Source of the DNA: Clostridiales bacterium | GTDB lineage: Bacteria > Bacillota > Clostridia > Saccharofermentanales > DTU023 | Assembly (NCBI GenBank): GCA_028724525.1 | Contig: JAQYCV010000019.1 | Location: forward strand, 36,806-100,805 | Reading direction: 5' to 3' | Length of the DNA stretch: 64,000 nucleotides | Part shown: positions 19,354-28,912 of the stretch, piece by piece | How positions within the stretch are numbered: the stretch's first letter is position 1 | Layout: the number at the start of each line of letters is the position of its first letter | Position numbers and translations under genes: made by a program | Notes under the pieces: model-generated | Seen by the model: only the letters and a program-made list of their open reading frames with translations | Told to the model about the DNA's origin: nothing | The model's database searches: none

Positions 19354-20283
19354 CTATGACCAGTCTCCCAGAAAACGGACCTCTGGCTCTAAGCTAAAGC
19401 CAGTCTGGCGTTTGACTTCTGCCTGGACATGGGCAAAAACTTGTCGTAAATCTTGGGCCGTAGCGCCACCATAATTCACAATAAAGCCGGCATGCTTGGC
19501 TGAAACCCCACAGGAGCCATGACGCCAACCCTTGAGTCCCGCTGTTTCAATCAGGCGGGAGGCATAGGCGCCCTGGGGCCTCTTGAAGGAGGAACCTGCG
19601 CTAGCAAGCTCTAAAGGTTGAGACTTGCGGCGTCGGGCTTGAAAATCCGCCATTTTGGCATATATCTCCTGTGGAGATGCAGGCTTGAGCAACAGACTAA
19701 CTTGCGAAATAAGGCCAGGGTGGTCACTAAAATAGGAATGCCGATAGGCAAAATCTAGGTCCGCATGGCTCAGGGTCTGGACTTGTAACTGGTCATCAAT
19801 ATAAGTCACCTGGGTCACCAGATCTCCCAGAGTATAATCGTAGGCTCCCGCATTCATCATCACTGCTCCGCCCAGCGAGCCAGGTATACCCACAAGGCCC
19901 TCTACACCAGACAAACCCTGGCGGGCACAGAAAGCAGCCAGCTGATAGAGGGGGCAACCCGCTTGGCAGGTAAGCACTGAGTTTTGCAAGTCCAACTTGC
20001 TGTAAGCAGAAGCTAAAATCACCACTAATCCCCGGATACCTCTATCTGAGACTAAGACATTCGATCCCCGGCCCAAAATGGTAACCGGCAGGTCAAAATC
20101 CCGGGCGACCTGTAAGCAAGCTAAAATAGCCTCTTGGCTGTGGGGCCAGGCTACTAAATCTCCTGGTCCGCCCGCCTTAAAGCTAAGGGCCTGGCTGAGA
20201 GGATAATGACAGGCAAAGCGCAAATGAGCGATCTCTGCCAAAGCTTGGCTGGCAGACTCCAGCTGGGCAGGCAAATTAGGCAA
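19354..20283 (-). CDS. murB: UDP-N-acetylenolpyruvoylglucosamine reductase
   Basis: LGRGSNVL, GIPGSLGGA.MMNAGAY, SAGSSFK, KHAGFIVN, LEPEV. Confidence 0.95.
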   Translation of the reverse strand: MPNLPAQLESASQALAEIAHLRFACHYPLSQALSFKAGGPGDLVAWPHSQEAILACLQVARDFDLPVTILGRGSNVLVSDRGIRGLVVILASAYSKLDLQNSVLTCQAGCPLYQLAAFCARQGLSGVEGLVGIPGSLGGAVMMNAGAYDYTLGDLVTQVTYIDDQLQVQTLSHADLDFAYRHSYFSDHPGLISQVSLLLKPASPQEIYAKMADFQARRRKSQPLELASAGSSFKRPQGAYASRLIETAGLKGWRHGSCGVSAKHAGFIVNYGGATAQDLRQVFAHVQAEVKRQTGFSLEPEVRFLGDWS

Positions 20284-21220
20284 GACTATCGCCCTCCTTC
20301 ATGACGTTCGATTGGCCAAAGACTCTCTCTGCTAAGGCCTTGGCCGCATCATAGCCCATGGTCTTTTGCCGGAAGTTTATGGCGGCAGCTTCTACTATAA
20401 CAGCCAAATTACGGCCAGGACGGACAGGAATCGTAATAGAAGGCACTTGGATACCCAGGATCTCCGTGTATTCATCCTGGAGACCAAAGCGCTCATAGTT
20501 TTTACTTTCGTCCCAATACTCCAACTTTAAGATGAAATCAATATTGTCTTGGTATTTAACAGAGGAGACCCCATACAACTCTTTAATATCCAGAATGCCT
20601 ACACCCCGGATTTCAATGAGATAGCGAATGATATCTGGGGCCCGTCCCAGGAGCGTAGTATCTGAAACGCGGCGGATTTCTACCAAGTCATCTGCAATCA
20701 AACGATGACCACGCTTGATGATTTCCAAGGCAGTCTCGGACTTGCCAACCCCGGACTCACCCAATAGCAAGACACCTTCGCCGTAGACCTCCACCAGGAC
20801 TCCATGCATAGAAAGACGGTCTGCCAGTTCCACGTTCAGATATTTAATTAAGGAAGAGGAAAAGGACCCTGTCGCTTCATCCGTACCCAGGATCGCTACA
20901 CCAAAATTTCGTGCGGCCACTTCCATTTCTTTCATGGGCTTGTAGCCTCTAGCCAGGATGAGGCAGGGAATGCCCGTGGCAAAAAGAGTATTTAAGCGGG
21001 CTTGCCTTTGGCTAGGCTGGAGGCGTTCCAAGTAGGCAAATTCCATGTTGCCCAAGACCTGGATGCGGTCCGGGCCAAAATGCATGTAGTTACCTGCCAG
21101 TTGCAGGCCGGGACGAATCACATCGGGGACAAAAATATTCACTTGGGGAATGTTTTCTGCTCCCTGAAAGCATTGCAATTTAAAGGTTTCAACAACTTTA
21201 CTTAATGGGGTTTGGTTCAC
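20276..21220 (-). CDS. hprK: HPr kinase/phosphorylase
   Basis: RPGLQLAG, GESGVGKSETALE, LIADD, EIRGVGI, PVRPGRN. Confidence 0.97.
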   Translation of the reverse strand: MNQTPLSKVVETFKLQCFQGAENIPQVNIFVPDVIRPGLQLAGNYMHFGPDRIQVLGNMEFAYLERLQPSQRQARLNTLFATGIPCLILARGYKPMKEMEVAARNFGVAILGTDEATGSFSSSLIKYLNVELADRLSMHGVLVEVYGEGVLLLGESGVGKSETALEIIKRGHRLIADDLVEIRRVSDTTLLGRAPDIIRYLIEIRGVGILDIKELYGVSSVKYQDNIDFILKLEYWDESKNYERFGLQDEYTEILGIQVPSITIPVRPGRNLAVIVEAAAINFRQKTMGYDAAKALAERVFGQSNVMKEGDSLA

Positions 21221-21400
21221 ACTTGCCTCCTAAGCCCTCTAAACAGGCTAAGTTGAAGTCACATCCATAGATAGAAGGATTATAACACGGCCAGCTTTCT
21301 CCAAGCCGGCCGTCTCTCTGACCAAGTGCTTTGGCAGAAAATCTTTCAGCCTAAGCTCCAGCATGTATAATTTGAAAGACAAGAGTTAGCTATAGGAGAT

Positions 21401-21994
21401 TTGAGATTGAGCCTTTTAGAGATTATCTTAATTGCCATTGGTTTGAGCACGGATGCCTTTGCGGTAGCCATCTGCAGAGGTTTATCTGTGCACAGGGTCC
21501 GACCTCGGCACTATTTAATCACTGGCCTCTGGTTTGGTGGCTTCCAAGCCCTTATGCCCCTGTTAGGATTTATCCTCGGCCGCGGACTCGAAAGTTATAT
21601 TAAAGCGATCGACCATTGGATCGCCTTCGGTCTCTTAAGTCTTATTGGTCTCAATATGTTGCGGGAGTCCCGGCATGCCAGTTGCGACCTGCCAGTAGAT
21701 AGAGATAATGAGCGACAGGCCTTCTCGCCTGCCGCCATGTTGCCACTCGCCCTGGCAACATCTATTGATGCTTTAGCGATTGGCGTGGGGCTAGGCCTCT
21801 TGGATCAAATTGATATTGGCTTTACCTGTGCGACCATTGGCCTGATTACTTTTTTATTCTCTGGTCTTGGCTTGGGCCTAGGCAGAATATTAGGCGAAAA
21901 ATTCCAGCAAAAAGCACAGATCGTAGGCGGCCTTGTATTAATTGGACTAGGTGTAAAGATTCTTCTGGAACATTTAGCTATAATTAGATTTTGA
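21401..21994 (+). CDS. mntP: Manganese efflux pump MntP family
   Basis: GLSTDAFAV, FGGFQALMP, DHWIAF, ATSIDALAIG. Confidence 0.9.
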   Translation: MRLSLLEIILIAIGLSTDAFAVAICRGLSVHRVRPRHYLITGLWFGGFQALMPLLGFILGRGLESYIKAIDHWIAFGLLSLIGLNMLRESRHASCDLPVDRDNERQAFSPAAMLPLALATSIDALAIGVGLGLLDQIDIGFTCATIGLITFLFSGLGLGLGRILGEKFQQKAQIVGGLVLIGLGVKILLEHLAIIRF

Positions 21995-23202
21995 AGCCAG
22001 CTAGCAGCGAGCCGAGGTCAAAGACAATGTCAGAAAAATTAGACCATATGAACAAACATACAAGCTTATCAAAAGCTAAGGACCCTAAAGCCCTCTACAG
22101 GCGGATTCTCGTGCGGACCATTATAGCTGCCCTAGTCTGTCTGGTGGTTTACTATATTGTCGTACCAGGCCTGCATATTTTTTCTCCCCTGATTTGGGCA
22201 GCCCTGCTCGCCACCCTCCTCTCCCCGCTCTTAAACAAGATTTACCAGTACAGTAAAATTCCCCGGGGCATCTTGAGTTTTATCATGGTCTTTCTCATCA
22301 TCGCCTTACTAGTAGTACCCTCTTATTTTTTGGTCAAGGTGGCTTTAGACCAGGTGAGAGACTTTGCCGGCGCCCTGCAGAGGACCAGTCTCTTTGATCT
22401 AGGCGATCCTGAGACCATTGAGAAAATTCAAAGCTGGATAGAGGACTTGCCGGATCCGGCTGCAGGCTATGTCCAAGACCTCTTGAACAATTTACAACGT
22501 GGCATGCAAAGTTCAGCCAACCGCATGCTCAATCTTTCGGTGACCTTTGGCCGGAGGATTATTTCTCAAGCTACCTCTATCGGCCTCTGGCTATTTACCT
22601 TTTTCATGTCCATCTTCTTTATCCTTTTGGATTATGAGAAAATCTACCAGGCGATTAGTAAAAAATTGACTCGGCCTACCCGCAAGACCTTAGAGATAGT
22701 CAAAAGCACGGGCGTCGTAGCGGTAGGTAAATATGTACGCGGGCTCTTTTATTTAGCCGTCTTCTGTACGGTTTACATGCTGATTGCCTTTAGCATTTAT
22801 GGCTATCCCTACGCGATCCTTCTCTCTCTCTGTATGGGCGTTTTGGACATCTTGCCCATTGTTGGCTCCTTGACCATTTTAGTGCCCTGGTGTGCTTTAG
22901 AATTTCTGATTGGCGATTTCCACTTTGCCAGTTTTCTTTTAATCACCATCTGTATCTACACCGTTTTGCGCAAGATGGTCGAACCCAAACTGATGGGAAC
23001 TGCAACCGGATTACACCCCCTCTTCACCCTGATCTTGTTTTATGTCACCCTGCGCTATATGGGGGTTTGGGCCGCCATTCTTGCACCCATCCTGGCCATG
23101 ATGCTCATCTCTATTTACCAAGCCGGCCTATTTGATGAATGGCTACTTGACCTCTATGAGTTTAGGTCCCGCCTGCGGGTCCTCTTGCGTCGGAAGGGAT
23201 AA
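21991..23202 (+). CDS. AI-2E family transporter (YtvI-like); start may be ~22027
   Basis: LDILPIVG, EPKLMG...GLHPL motifs; multi-TM. Confidence 0.85.
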   Translation: MKPASSEPRSKTMSEKLDHMNKHTSLSKAKDPKALYRRILVRTIIAALVCLVVYYIVVPGLHIFSPLIWAALLATLLSPLLNKIYQYSKIPRGILSFIMVFLIIALLVVPSYFLVKVALDQVRDFAGALQRTSLFDLGDPETIEKIQSWIEDLPDPAAGYVQDLLNNLQRGMQSSANRMLNLSVTFGRRIISQATSIGLWLFTFFMSIFFILLDYEKIYQAISKKLTRPTRKTLEIVKSTGVVAVGKYVRGLFYLAVFCTVYMLIAFSIYGYPYAILLSLCMGVLDILPIVGSLTILVPWCALEFLIGDFHFASFLLITICIYTVLRKMVEPKLMGTATGLHPLFTLILFYVTLRYMGVWAAILAPILAMMLISIYQAGLFDEWLLDLYEFRSRLRVLLRRKG

Positions 23203-23207
23203 GGTAC

Positions 23208-23480
23208 TTGACGATGACTATGATTTCTGCACCCTGCATCAACTGCAAGCACTGCCTTCCCGCATGTCCCAAATGCTTAGATATACCTGCCATCTTAGAG
23301 GTCTATAACGAATTAGCCATGCAGCCTGGCCAATGGGGCATGCCCAGCGCCTTTGCTGATTGGGAAGACCACAAGCTACCAGCAGCCTGTATCGCCTGCC
23401 ACCGCTGCGAGCGCCAATGCCCACAAGACATAAAAATAGCGGAAATAATGGCTAGATTCACCGCGAAGATGGAAATCTAA
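23208..23480 (+). CDS. Small 4Fe-4S dicluster protein (resembles C-terminal domain of Fe-S aldo/keto reductases)
   Basis: CINCKHCLPACP..LDIP and CIACHRCERQCPQ.I.I. Confidence 0.7.
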   Translation: MTMTMISAPCINCKHCLPACPKCLDIPAILEVYNELAMQPGQWGMPSAFADWEDHKLPAACIACHRCERQCPQDIKIAEIMARFTAKMEI

Positions 23481-23502
23481 GGTCACTTGTGCTAGGCTAT
23501 AA

Positions 23503-23634
23503 AAGTTTTCGGGGCAGGGTGCGATTCCCTACCGACGGTGTTAGGTCTAGTGGATCTTAAGTCCGTGAACTCCTTGAGTGGAGCCGATAGGGTGAGAATC
23601 CCTAACCGACAGTAAAGTCTGGATGAGAGAAAAC
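23503..23634 (+). ncRNA. FMN riboswitch (RFN element)
   Basis: TTCGGGGCAGGGTG.GATTCCC.ACCGACGGT...AGTCCGTGA...CCGACAGTAAAGTCTGGATGAGAGAA consensus, upstream of ribU. Confidence 0.96.
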
Positions 23635-23655
23635 CCTAGTGTTTGATCTTCTCCC

Positions 23656-23683
23656 AAAAACCTGCCGTAAGGCCGGTTTTTTT
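23656..23683 (+). terminator. Riboswitch-controlled intrinsic terminator
   Basis: AAAAACC(T)GCC-GTAA-GGC(C)GGTTTTTTT between aptamer and ribU RBS. Confidence 0.8.
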
Positions 23684-23722
23684 ATGCCCGAAGGCAAATA
23701 ATACGCCTCATAGGAGAAGGAC

Positions 23723-24379
23723 ATGAAGTATCAAGAAAAAACAGTCACACACACAGCAAGTGAGTCCGACCCAGGGTTGCAAGCGATCGACCAACAGAAG
23801 CGGCGCAATCGAACGATTGCCAAGATCGCCATCATGTCAGCCATTGCTTTCATCCTTATGTATTTGGAATTCCCAGTTCCCTTAATGCCAGTCTTCCTCA
23901 AATTTGATTTTTCGGAGATTCCCGCCCTTTTGGCAGCCTTTAGCATGGGCCCCCTGGCTGGAGTCCTGGTGGAACTGGCGAAAAACCTCCTCCACCTGCC
24001 CTTTAGCCAAACCATGATGATTGGGGAATTAGCCAACTTCTTGATCGGGTCCAGCTTTGTTGCCACCGCTGCCTTCATTTATAAGCAGCACAAAACAAAA
24101 AAGAATGCCCTCAAGGGGCTGGTTCTAGGGACTGTAACCATGACCGTAGTGGGGGCAGCGTTCAACTACTTTATCAATATTCCCTTCTACATCAATGTCA
24201 TGGGCTTTAACCTAGAGGCGATTATCGGAATGACCAATCAGGCAGGCAACCATCTGGTCACAGATTTACCTAGCTTGATCATGTGGGTCTTTGTACCTTT
24301 TAACATCGTGAAGGGTGCCCTCATTTCTCTATTGGTCTCCCTCTTGTATAAGCCCCTCAGCCCACTTCTGCACAAATAA
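23723..24379 (+). CDS. ribU: ECF transporter S component for riboflavin
   Basis: FLKFDFSEIPALL, E..KNLLH, IGELANF, PFN.VKG; preceded by FMN riboswitch. Confidence 0.92.
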   Translation: MKYQEKTVTHTASESDPGLQAIDQQKRRNRTIAKIAIMSAIAFILMYLEFPVPLMPVFLKFDFSEIPALLAAFSMGPLAGVLVELAKNLLHLPFSQTMMIGELANFLIGSSFVATAAFIYKQHKTKKNALKGLVLGTVTMTVVGAAFNYFINIPFYINVMGFNLEAIIGMTNQAGNHLVTDLPSLIMWVFVPFNIVKGALISLLVSLLYKPLSPLLHK

Positions 24380-24392
24380 GCTTTAAGTCAGC

Positions 24393-25343
24393 TTAAGCCT
24401 GCAGGTCCTGGTCTAAGAGCCGAAAGACTTGATAAAAATTGGGTGCCAGGTCCCCAACCCGCATAGACCGCTCGCTCGTGGCGCTTGCCAAGAGCTGGGC
24501 GGTTTTTACATGGATCCAAACGGCTAAGAGAGTAGCTTCAGCTAAGCTAATACCCTGGCCGGCTAGCCCTAAACAGAGACCTGTTAATACGTCGCCCGAG
24601 CCGGCCCGAGCCAGGCCAGAGCATGATTCAGGACAGATAAAGCAGATCCCATCTGGAAGAGCTACAAGACTCCGGCTCCCCTTTAAAAGCACAATGGCAC
24701 CACTAGCTTGAGATAGGCTACGGGCGGCGGCAAGACGGTTTGCTTCTTCTTTGCGGCCGCCCAGGTCGGGAGCCAGGCGGGCAAATTCTCCAGGATGGGG
24801 GGTTAATAGGGTTGTAGCTGGTTTACGCTGGCTGAGCCTGTGGCATAAGGCAGGGCCAGAAAAGCGCCGGGCCAAGAGATTGAGGGCATCGGCATCTAAA
24901 ATCAGCGGATAGGGGCTGGCCAGCAAATTCTCTAGGATCTGGTCATGTCCTGGCTGCAAGGACCAGCCTGGGCCAGCGGCAAGGGCCTTAAGCTGGGGAT
25001 CTAAATCTAAGCCCTGGGCCTGACGGGGACTTAAGAGGACCACTTCAGGAAATCGCAGCAGGCAAAGGTCCAGGGCAGAGGGATCAGACGCTACTTCGAC
25101 ATAGCCTACCCCAGAACGCAGGGCCGCTTCCGCAGCAAGACAGAGGGCACCCGGATAGGCCTGAGAGCCTGCCCACAGGGCAACACGGCCATAAGTCCCC
25201 TTATGGCTGTCTGCAAACCTTTGGGGCAAGAGTTGGGCCATCAGCTTTTCTTGCAAGAAAAAAGCACCCGGGAAGGCTGCGGCTTGCAGATTTCCCGGGT
25301 GAATTGCTACATAAGGAGAGATGGTCTCTAAAGATTCAGGCAT
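24393..25343 (-). CDS. nnrD: ADP-dependent NAD(P)H-hydrate dehydratase (stand-alone)
   Basis: SHKGTYG, AGPG, LDADAL, LTPHPGEFARL, LKG, AGSGDVLTG. Confidence 0.92.
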   Translation of the reverse strand: MPESLETISPYVAIHPGNLQAAAFPGAFFLQEKLMAQLLPQRFADSHKGTYGRVALWAGSQAYPGALCLAAEAALRSGVGYVEVASDPSALDLCLLRFPEVVLLSPRQAQGLDLDPQLKALAAGPGWSLQPGHDQILENLLASPYPLILDADALNLLARRFSGPALCHRLSQRKPATTLLTPHPGEFARLAPDLGGRKEEANRLAAARSLSQASGAIVLLKGSRSLVALPDGICFICPESCSGLARAGSGDVLTGLCLGLAGQGISLAEATLLAVWIHVKTAQLLASATSERSMRVGDLAPNFYQVFRLLDQDLQA

Positions 25344-25660
25344 TAGAGGTACTGGCTTAGCTCAGCGGTAATATCTTCGTAGGAACGAGCTCCAACCATG
25401 CGGTTAACGACCTCGCCATCTTGGAAAATACAGAGGGTTGGAATAGACATGACACTAAAGTGTTGGGCCAGACTTGGTTGTTCATCCACATTAATCTTGC
25501 CCACGACAACTTTATCTTTATAGTCTTCCGCGATTTGGTCAATAACCGGACCCACTGCCCGGCAGGGGCCACACCAACTCGCCCAGAAATCCACTAAAAC
25601 CGGTTTATCATTTTTGAGGACAAGTTCCTCGAAGTTTTTTTCAGTAATTTCCATACTCAT
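25343..25660 (-). CDS. trxA: Thioredoxin
   Basis: VDFWASWCGPC, SIPT; GGAGG RBS before ATG at 25660. Confidence 0.96.
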   Translation of the reverse strand: MSMEITEKNFEELVLKNDKPVLVDFWASWCGPCRAVGPVIDQIAEDYKDKVVVGKINVDEQPSLAQHFSVMSIPTLCIFQDGEVVNRMVGARSYEDITAELSQYL

Positions 25661-25764
25661 AGCTTTCCTCCTGCTTGCAAATATTCTTGACTTAGCCAAG
25701 GGTAATTAATGAACTAAAGCTAGTATAAATAAAGCCATTAAAAGGCTCTGTAACATCTGAAACT

Positions 25765-26757
25765 TTAGATAAATTCATGCAAGATAGAACCTGGAGGTAC
25801 GAAAGAAGCATCCATCGCGGGCAAGAGCTCACACACGGCACTCAGGCGGAGGGCCTCCTGGACAGCAGACTCGAGATCTGCGTAATAAAGGCCTGGTTTG
25901 ACCAGGTCTGAGGCCGGCAAACTAGCCGCCCGGTATTGTGCCAGGGCATCTTGGAGGGCCCTATAGGCCGCCGGAGCAACCACGGTCAATTCATAGGCTA
26001 AGGCTGAGTTGATATAAATATCTGCCCGCTCCAAATAGGCCTGAATGGAGTTTTCTTCCTCCCGTTGGATGGCCGGCCAATAGTCTAGGGTGGCCAGGGC
26101 GTTAGACCCTCTATGGACCACATCCCGGGCACAGCGGCGGAGTTTGCGTAAATCGCGGGGCGAGAGCATCTGCTGGCCATGGATAAATTGGGCATAGGGC
26201 ATGATAAAAATGCCCAAATAGCTTTCCAGGGCAAAATCAGCCAGCACCTGGCTACTGAGCCCGTGTAAGCCTTCGGCCAAAATGATGGTATCTGGCTCCA
26301 GGCTTATCGCGCGATCTGGCTGGTAGCTACGCTTCCGTTCAACAAAATCGTAACTAGGAAGAATAACTGTCTGACCGTCTGCCAATTGTTGCAAGTGTTC
26401 ATGCAAGAGGCTAAGTTCAAGAGTTCCTACCGATTCAAGATCGGGATGCCCCACATCATCATAGCTTAGCTCTCCTGGATAATAGTAGTCATCCAGAGAG
26501 ATGAGCTTGGCTTTCTTCCCTATGCCCTCAAGTTTTTGGCAAAGCTGGCTGGTAAAGGACGTCTTACCAGAGGAGGTAGGGCCAGAAACAAAGATGAAGC
26601 CTAAATGAGGCCGGGCCTGAACAGCAGCTAAAACTTGGTCCACTTGGTCCTGAAAACCTTGCTCGCAGGCCTGGACAAAGGCGGGAAAACAGGTCTCCCC
26701 CAAGTGGGACTTCAGAAAGTCCAAGCTATATTGCCAGAGCGGGGTAAGCAGCGCCAT
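25765..26757 (-). CDS. Uridine kinase / phosphoribulokinase-like nucleoside kinase
   Basis: SGPTSSGKT P-loop, ISLDDYY, LPSYDF, EGLHGL, NSALAYE. Confidence 0.82.
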   Translation of the reverse strand: MALLTPLWQYSLDFLKSHLGETCFPAFVQACEQGFQDQVDQVLAAVQARPHLGFIFVSGPTSSGKTSFTSQLCQKLEGIGKKAKLISLDDYYYPGELSYDDVGHPDLESVGTLELSLLHEHLQQLADGQTVILPSYDFVERKRSYQPDRAISLEPDTIILAEGLHGLSSQVLADFALESYLGIFIMPYAQFIHGQQMLSPRDLRKLRRCARDVVHRGSNALATLDYWPAIQREEENSIQAYLERADIYINSALAYELTVVAPAAYRALQDALAQYRAASLPASDLVKPGLYYADLESAVQEALRLSAVCELLPAMDASFVPPGSILHEFI

Positions 26758-26760
26758 ATC

Positions 26761-27507
26761 TTATTGGCCAGGGCTGATCACATAGGCCTGGTCAGCGTCA
26801 TGTGGCGCAGGCGCGATCCGCCAAGATCCTTCTGTAGAGATAACCTCCATACCCACATTAGCATAGAGAGCTTTTGAATCATCAGTTTGCGGGTCAAGTT
26901 CAAGCAGTTTGGCCCTTTGCCGGCAAAACTTTTCAAAATATTGGCCAGCTTCCTCTTTGCTGACCTCACCTTTTACCAAAAGGACAGCCTGGGAGTTATC
27001 ATTGCCACGGATCAAGAGCTTCTCTGCGTCTACCGACGGATCCAGTTCTAAATCGTGGAGGAAGGAAGCACTGAGCTGGGCCTTGATCCGGTCCCGTTCT
27101 AGGCTAACTGGGATCATGACAGCCAAGAAGATAGCAGCTATTAAGAGTGCGATACCGGCTACTATGGCTACTTGCTTGCGGGGCATCTTGAGATCCGGTA
27201 TGGCTTGGCCTGAGAGTTCCAGTTTGGGAGCACCAGTTTGTCCCTTAAGGGACGGTTGAGCCTCTGCCTTGGCTTGTAGCGCATCCAGATCGATGCGGGG
27301 CTGGTATTGCTTAGGGTCGAGGTTGGGGCCCTCATACTTGGCTTGCTTCTCATTGGGGAAGACATAATCGCCCAAATTTTCACTCAAGGCAAAAGCCTTA
27401 GTGTTATCGAAAACTGCATCACAATAAAGGCAGTGGCCTTTGTCCTGCTGGGGGTCTAACATGAGGATAGATCCACAGTTAGGGCAGCGTCCTTCTTTAA
27501 GAGCCAT
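26761..27507 (-). CDS. Zinc-ribbon membrane protein of unknown function
   Basis: CPNCG...CLYC N-terminus, one central TM; AAGGAG RBS. Confidence 0.75.
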   Translation of the reverse strand: MALKEGRCPNCGSILMLDPQQDKGHCLYCDAVFDNTKAFALSENLGDYVFPNEKQAKYEGPNLDPKQYQPRIDLDALQAKAEAQPSLKGQTGAPKLELSGQAIPDLKMPRKQVAIVAGIALLIAAIFLAVMIPVSLERDRIKAQLSASFLHDLELDPSVDAEKLLIRGNDNSQAVLLVKGEVSKEEAGQYFEKFCRQRAKLLELDPQTDDSKALYANVGMEVISTEGSWRIAPAPHDADQAYVISPGQ

Positions 27508-27607
27508 AAACTTCGCTCAACTCCTTTGGCTAAATATAGTAAAATCAACTTTAACCATTTTAGGTAAAAGCTAGCCATCCTGCAAGATAAGGAGTTAAAT
27601 AGGCTAA

Positions 27608-28156
27608 ATGGACTTCTCTCCCCTAGATCTAGCTATGATGGAGCTTGCTTTAAAAGAGGCTCAAAAGGCTGCAGAGGCAGGCGACGTTCCTGTGGGCGCT
27701 GTCCTCTGCCTGGGAGAAGAAATCTTAGCCAAGGCCAAAAACGAACGCGAGGCGCGGCAAGATGCCACAGCCCATGCGGAGATTTTAGCCATACGCCAGG
27801 CTAGCCAAGCCCTTCAGACCTGGCATTTGGAAGCGACCACCCTCTATGTTACCCTAGAACCCTGCCCCATGTGTGCCGGTGCAATTCTCAATTCGAGGAT
27901 AGCCCGCGTGGTCTTTGGAGCCTACCAAACTAAGACAGGGGCTCTGGCTTCAAAGACAAGACTCTACGACCTGGATTGGCCAGGCAAACCCCAATGGCAG
28001 GCTGGCTTGCTGGCTACAGAATCCCAGGAACTCCTGCAAGCCTTTTTCCAGGAGCGTAGAAGGCAAGCTTCGCAGCTGGGAGGGCCCGGCGCCCGCCGCG
28101 CGGCCACCCTTAAAAACTGGCTGGACCGAACAGAAAGATGCTCAGATGAAAGATAA
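27608..28156 (+). CDS. tadA: tRNA adenosine(34) deaminase
   Basis: DVPVGAV, TAHAE, YVTLEPCPMCAGA, FFQERR. Confidence 0.92.
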   Translation: MDFSPLDLAMMELALKEAQKAAEAGDVPVGAVLCLGEEILAKAKNEREARQDATAHAEILAIRQASQALQTWHLEATTLYVTLEPCPMCAGAILNSRIARVVFGAYQTKTGALASKTRLYDLDWPGKPQWQAGLLATESQELLQAFFQERRRQASQLGGPGARRAATLKNWLDRTERCSDER

Positions 28157-28889
28157 TGACAAGAGACCAGCAGGCTTTACAGGCCAGACGGATAAAAGAC
28201 CGCGATCTAAAAAGAAGGATACAGGCCATAGAGTACCGCCTCCCCGCTCTCTTTTTGGACGTCTCATCGTGACCTTGAGCCTGGTCATATCCAGGCGCAA
28301 GCTGAATATTGTCATCGAAGGTCAAGAGCATATTCCTAAAGATGTCCCTTATGTCATCGCCGCAAACCATGTTACCTATATGGATGCGCTTTGGATTTTT
28401 AGCCTCCTGCCACCCGACCACTACGCTCAGACCTGTGCTTTGATTGGGGCAGATCTCCAAACGGATTATGGCCTTTTGGGCAAGATCATGTTCCTCACAG
28501 CACGGCCCATTCCAGTTGAACGCAAGGGGTCTGGCGGCGCCAGGTCTCTCATCATTGCCAAAAATGCCCTAGAAGCCGGCAACAATATCTTGATACACCC
28601 AGAAGGCACTCGGTCCAAAACGGGCTGTTTGGGTCCCTTTCATTCTGGCGCTGCCTATCTTTCCACAAAATATGGCGCCCCCATCCTGCCCGTCTACATT
28701 AAAGGAGGCCACGATATTTGGCCCCCTGGTCAGCGTTTTCCTAGTTTCAAAGATGCCGAGGGCAAAAAAAGAGAACTCCGCTTAATCATTAAGCCCTGCG
28801 TCTATGGCAAGGATTATCCAGATGCCAAGGCCATGACCCAAGCCCTGGCAGACCTCTTCCAAGACCTGCAGGACGAGATAGGCTATTAA
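28146..28889 (+). CDS. plsC: 1-acyl-sn-glycerol-3-phosphate acyltransferase (PlsC family)
   Basis: ANHVTYMD, HPEGTRS, PILPVYI; ATG at 28146 overlaps tadA end. Confidence 0.85.
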   Translation: MKDNDKRPAGFTGQTDKRPRSKKKDTGHRVPPPRSLFGRLIVTLSLVISRRKLNIVIEGQEHIPKDVPYVIAANHVTYMDALWIFSLLPPDHYAQTCALIGADLQTDYGLLGKIMFLTARPIPVERKGSGGARSLIIAKNALEAGNNILIHPEGTRSKTGCLGPFHSGAAYLSTKYGAPILPVYIKGGHDIWPPGQRFPSFKDAEGKKRELRLIIKPCVYGKDYPDAKAMTQALADLFQDLQDEIGY

Positions 28890-28912
28890 GACAAAAATAT
28901 ATTTCTGAAGCC

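Noticed and set aside
21221-21400. yybP-ykoY Mn riboswitch upstream of mntP
   Set aside because: No recognisable consensus; a TATAAT lies only ~30 nt before the start, leaving no room
27915-28145. Long N-terminal extension of plsC given by the ORF track
   Set aside because: Overlaps tadA in another frame; ATG at 28146 gives a normal-length protein
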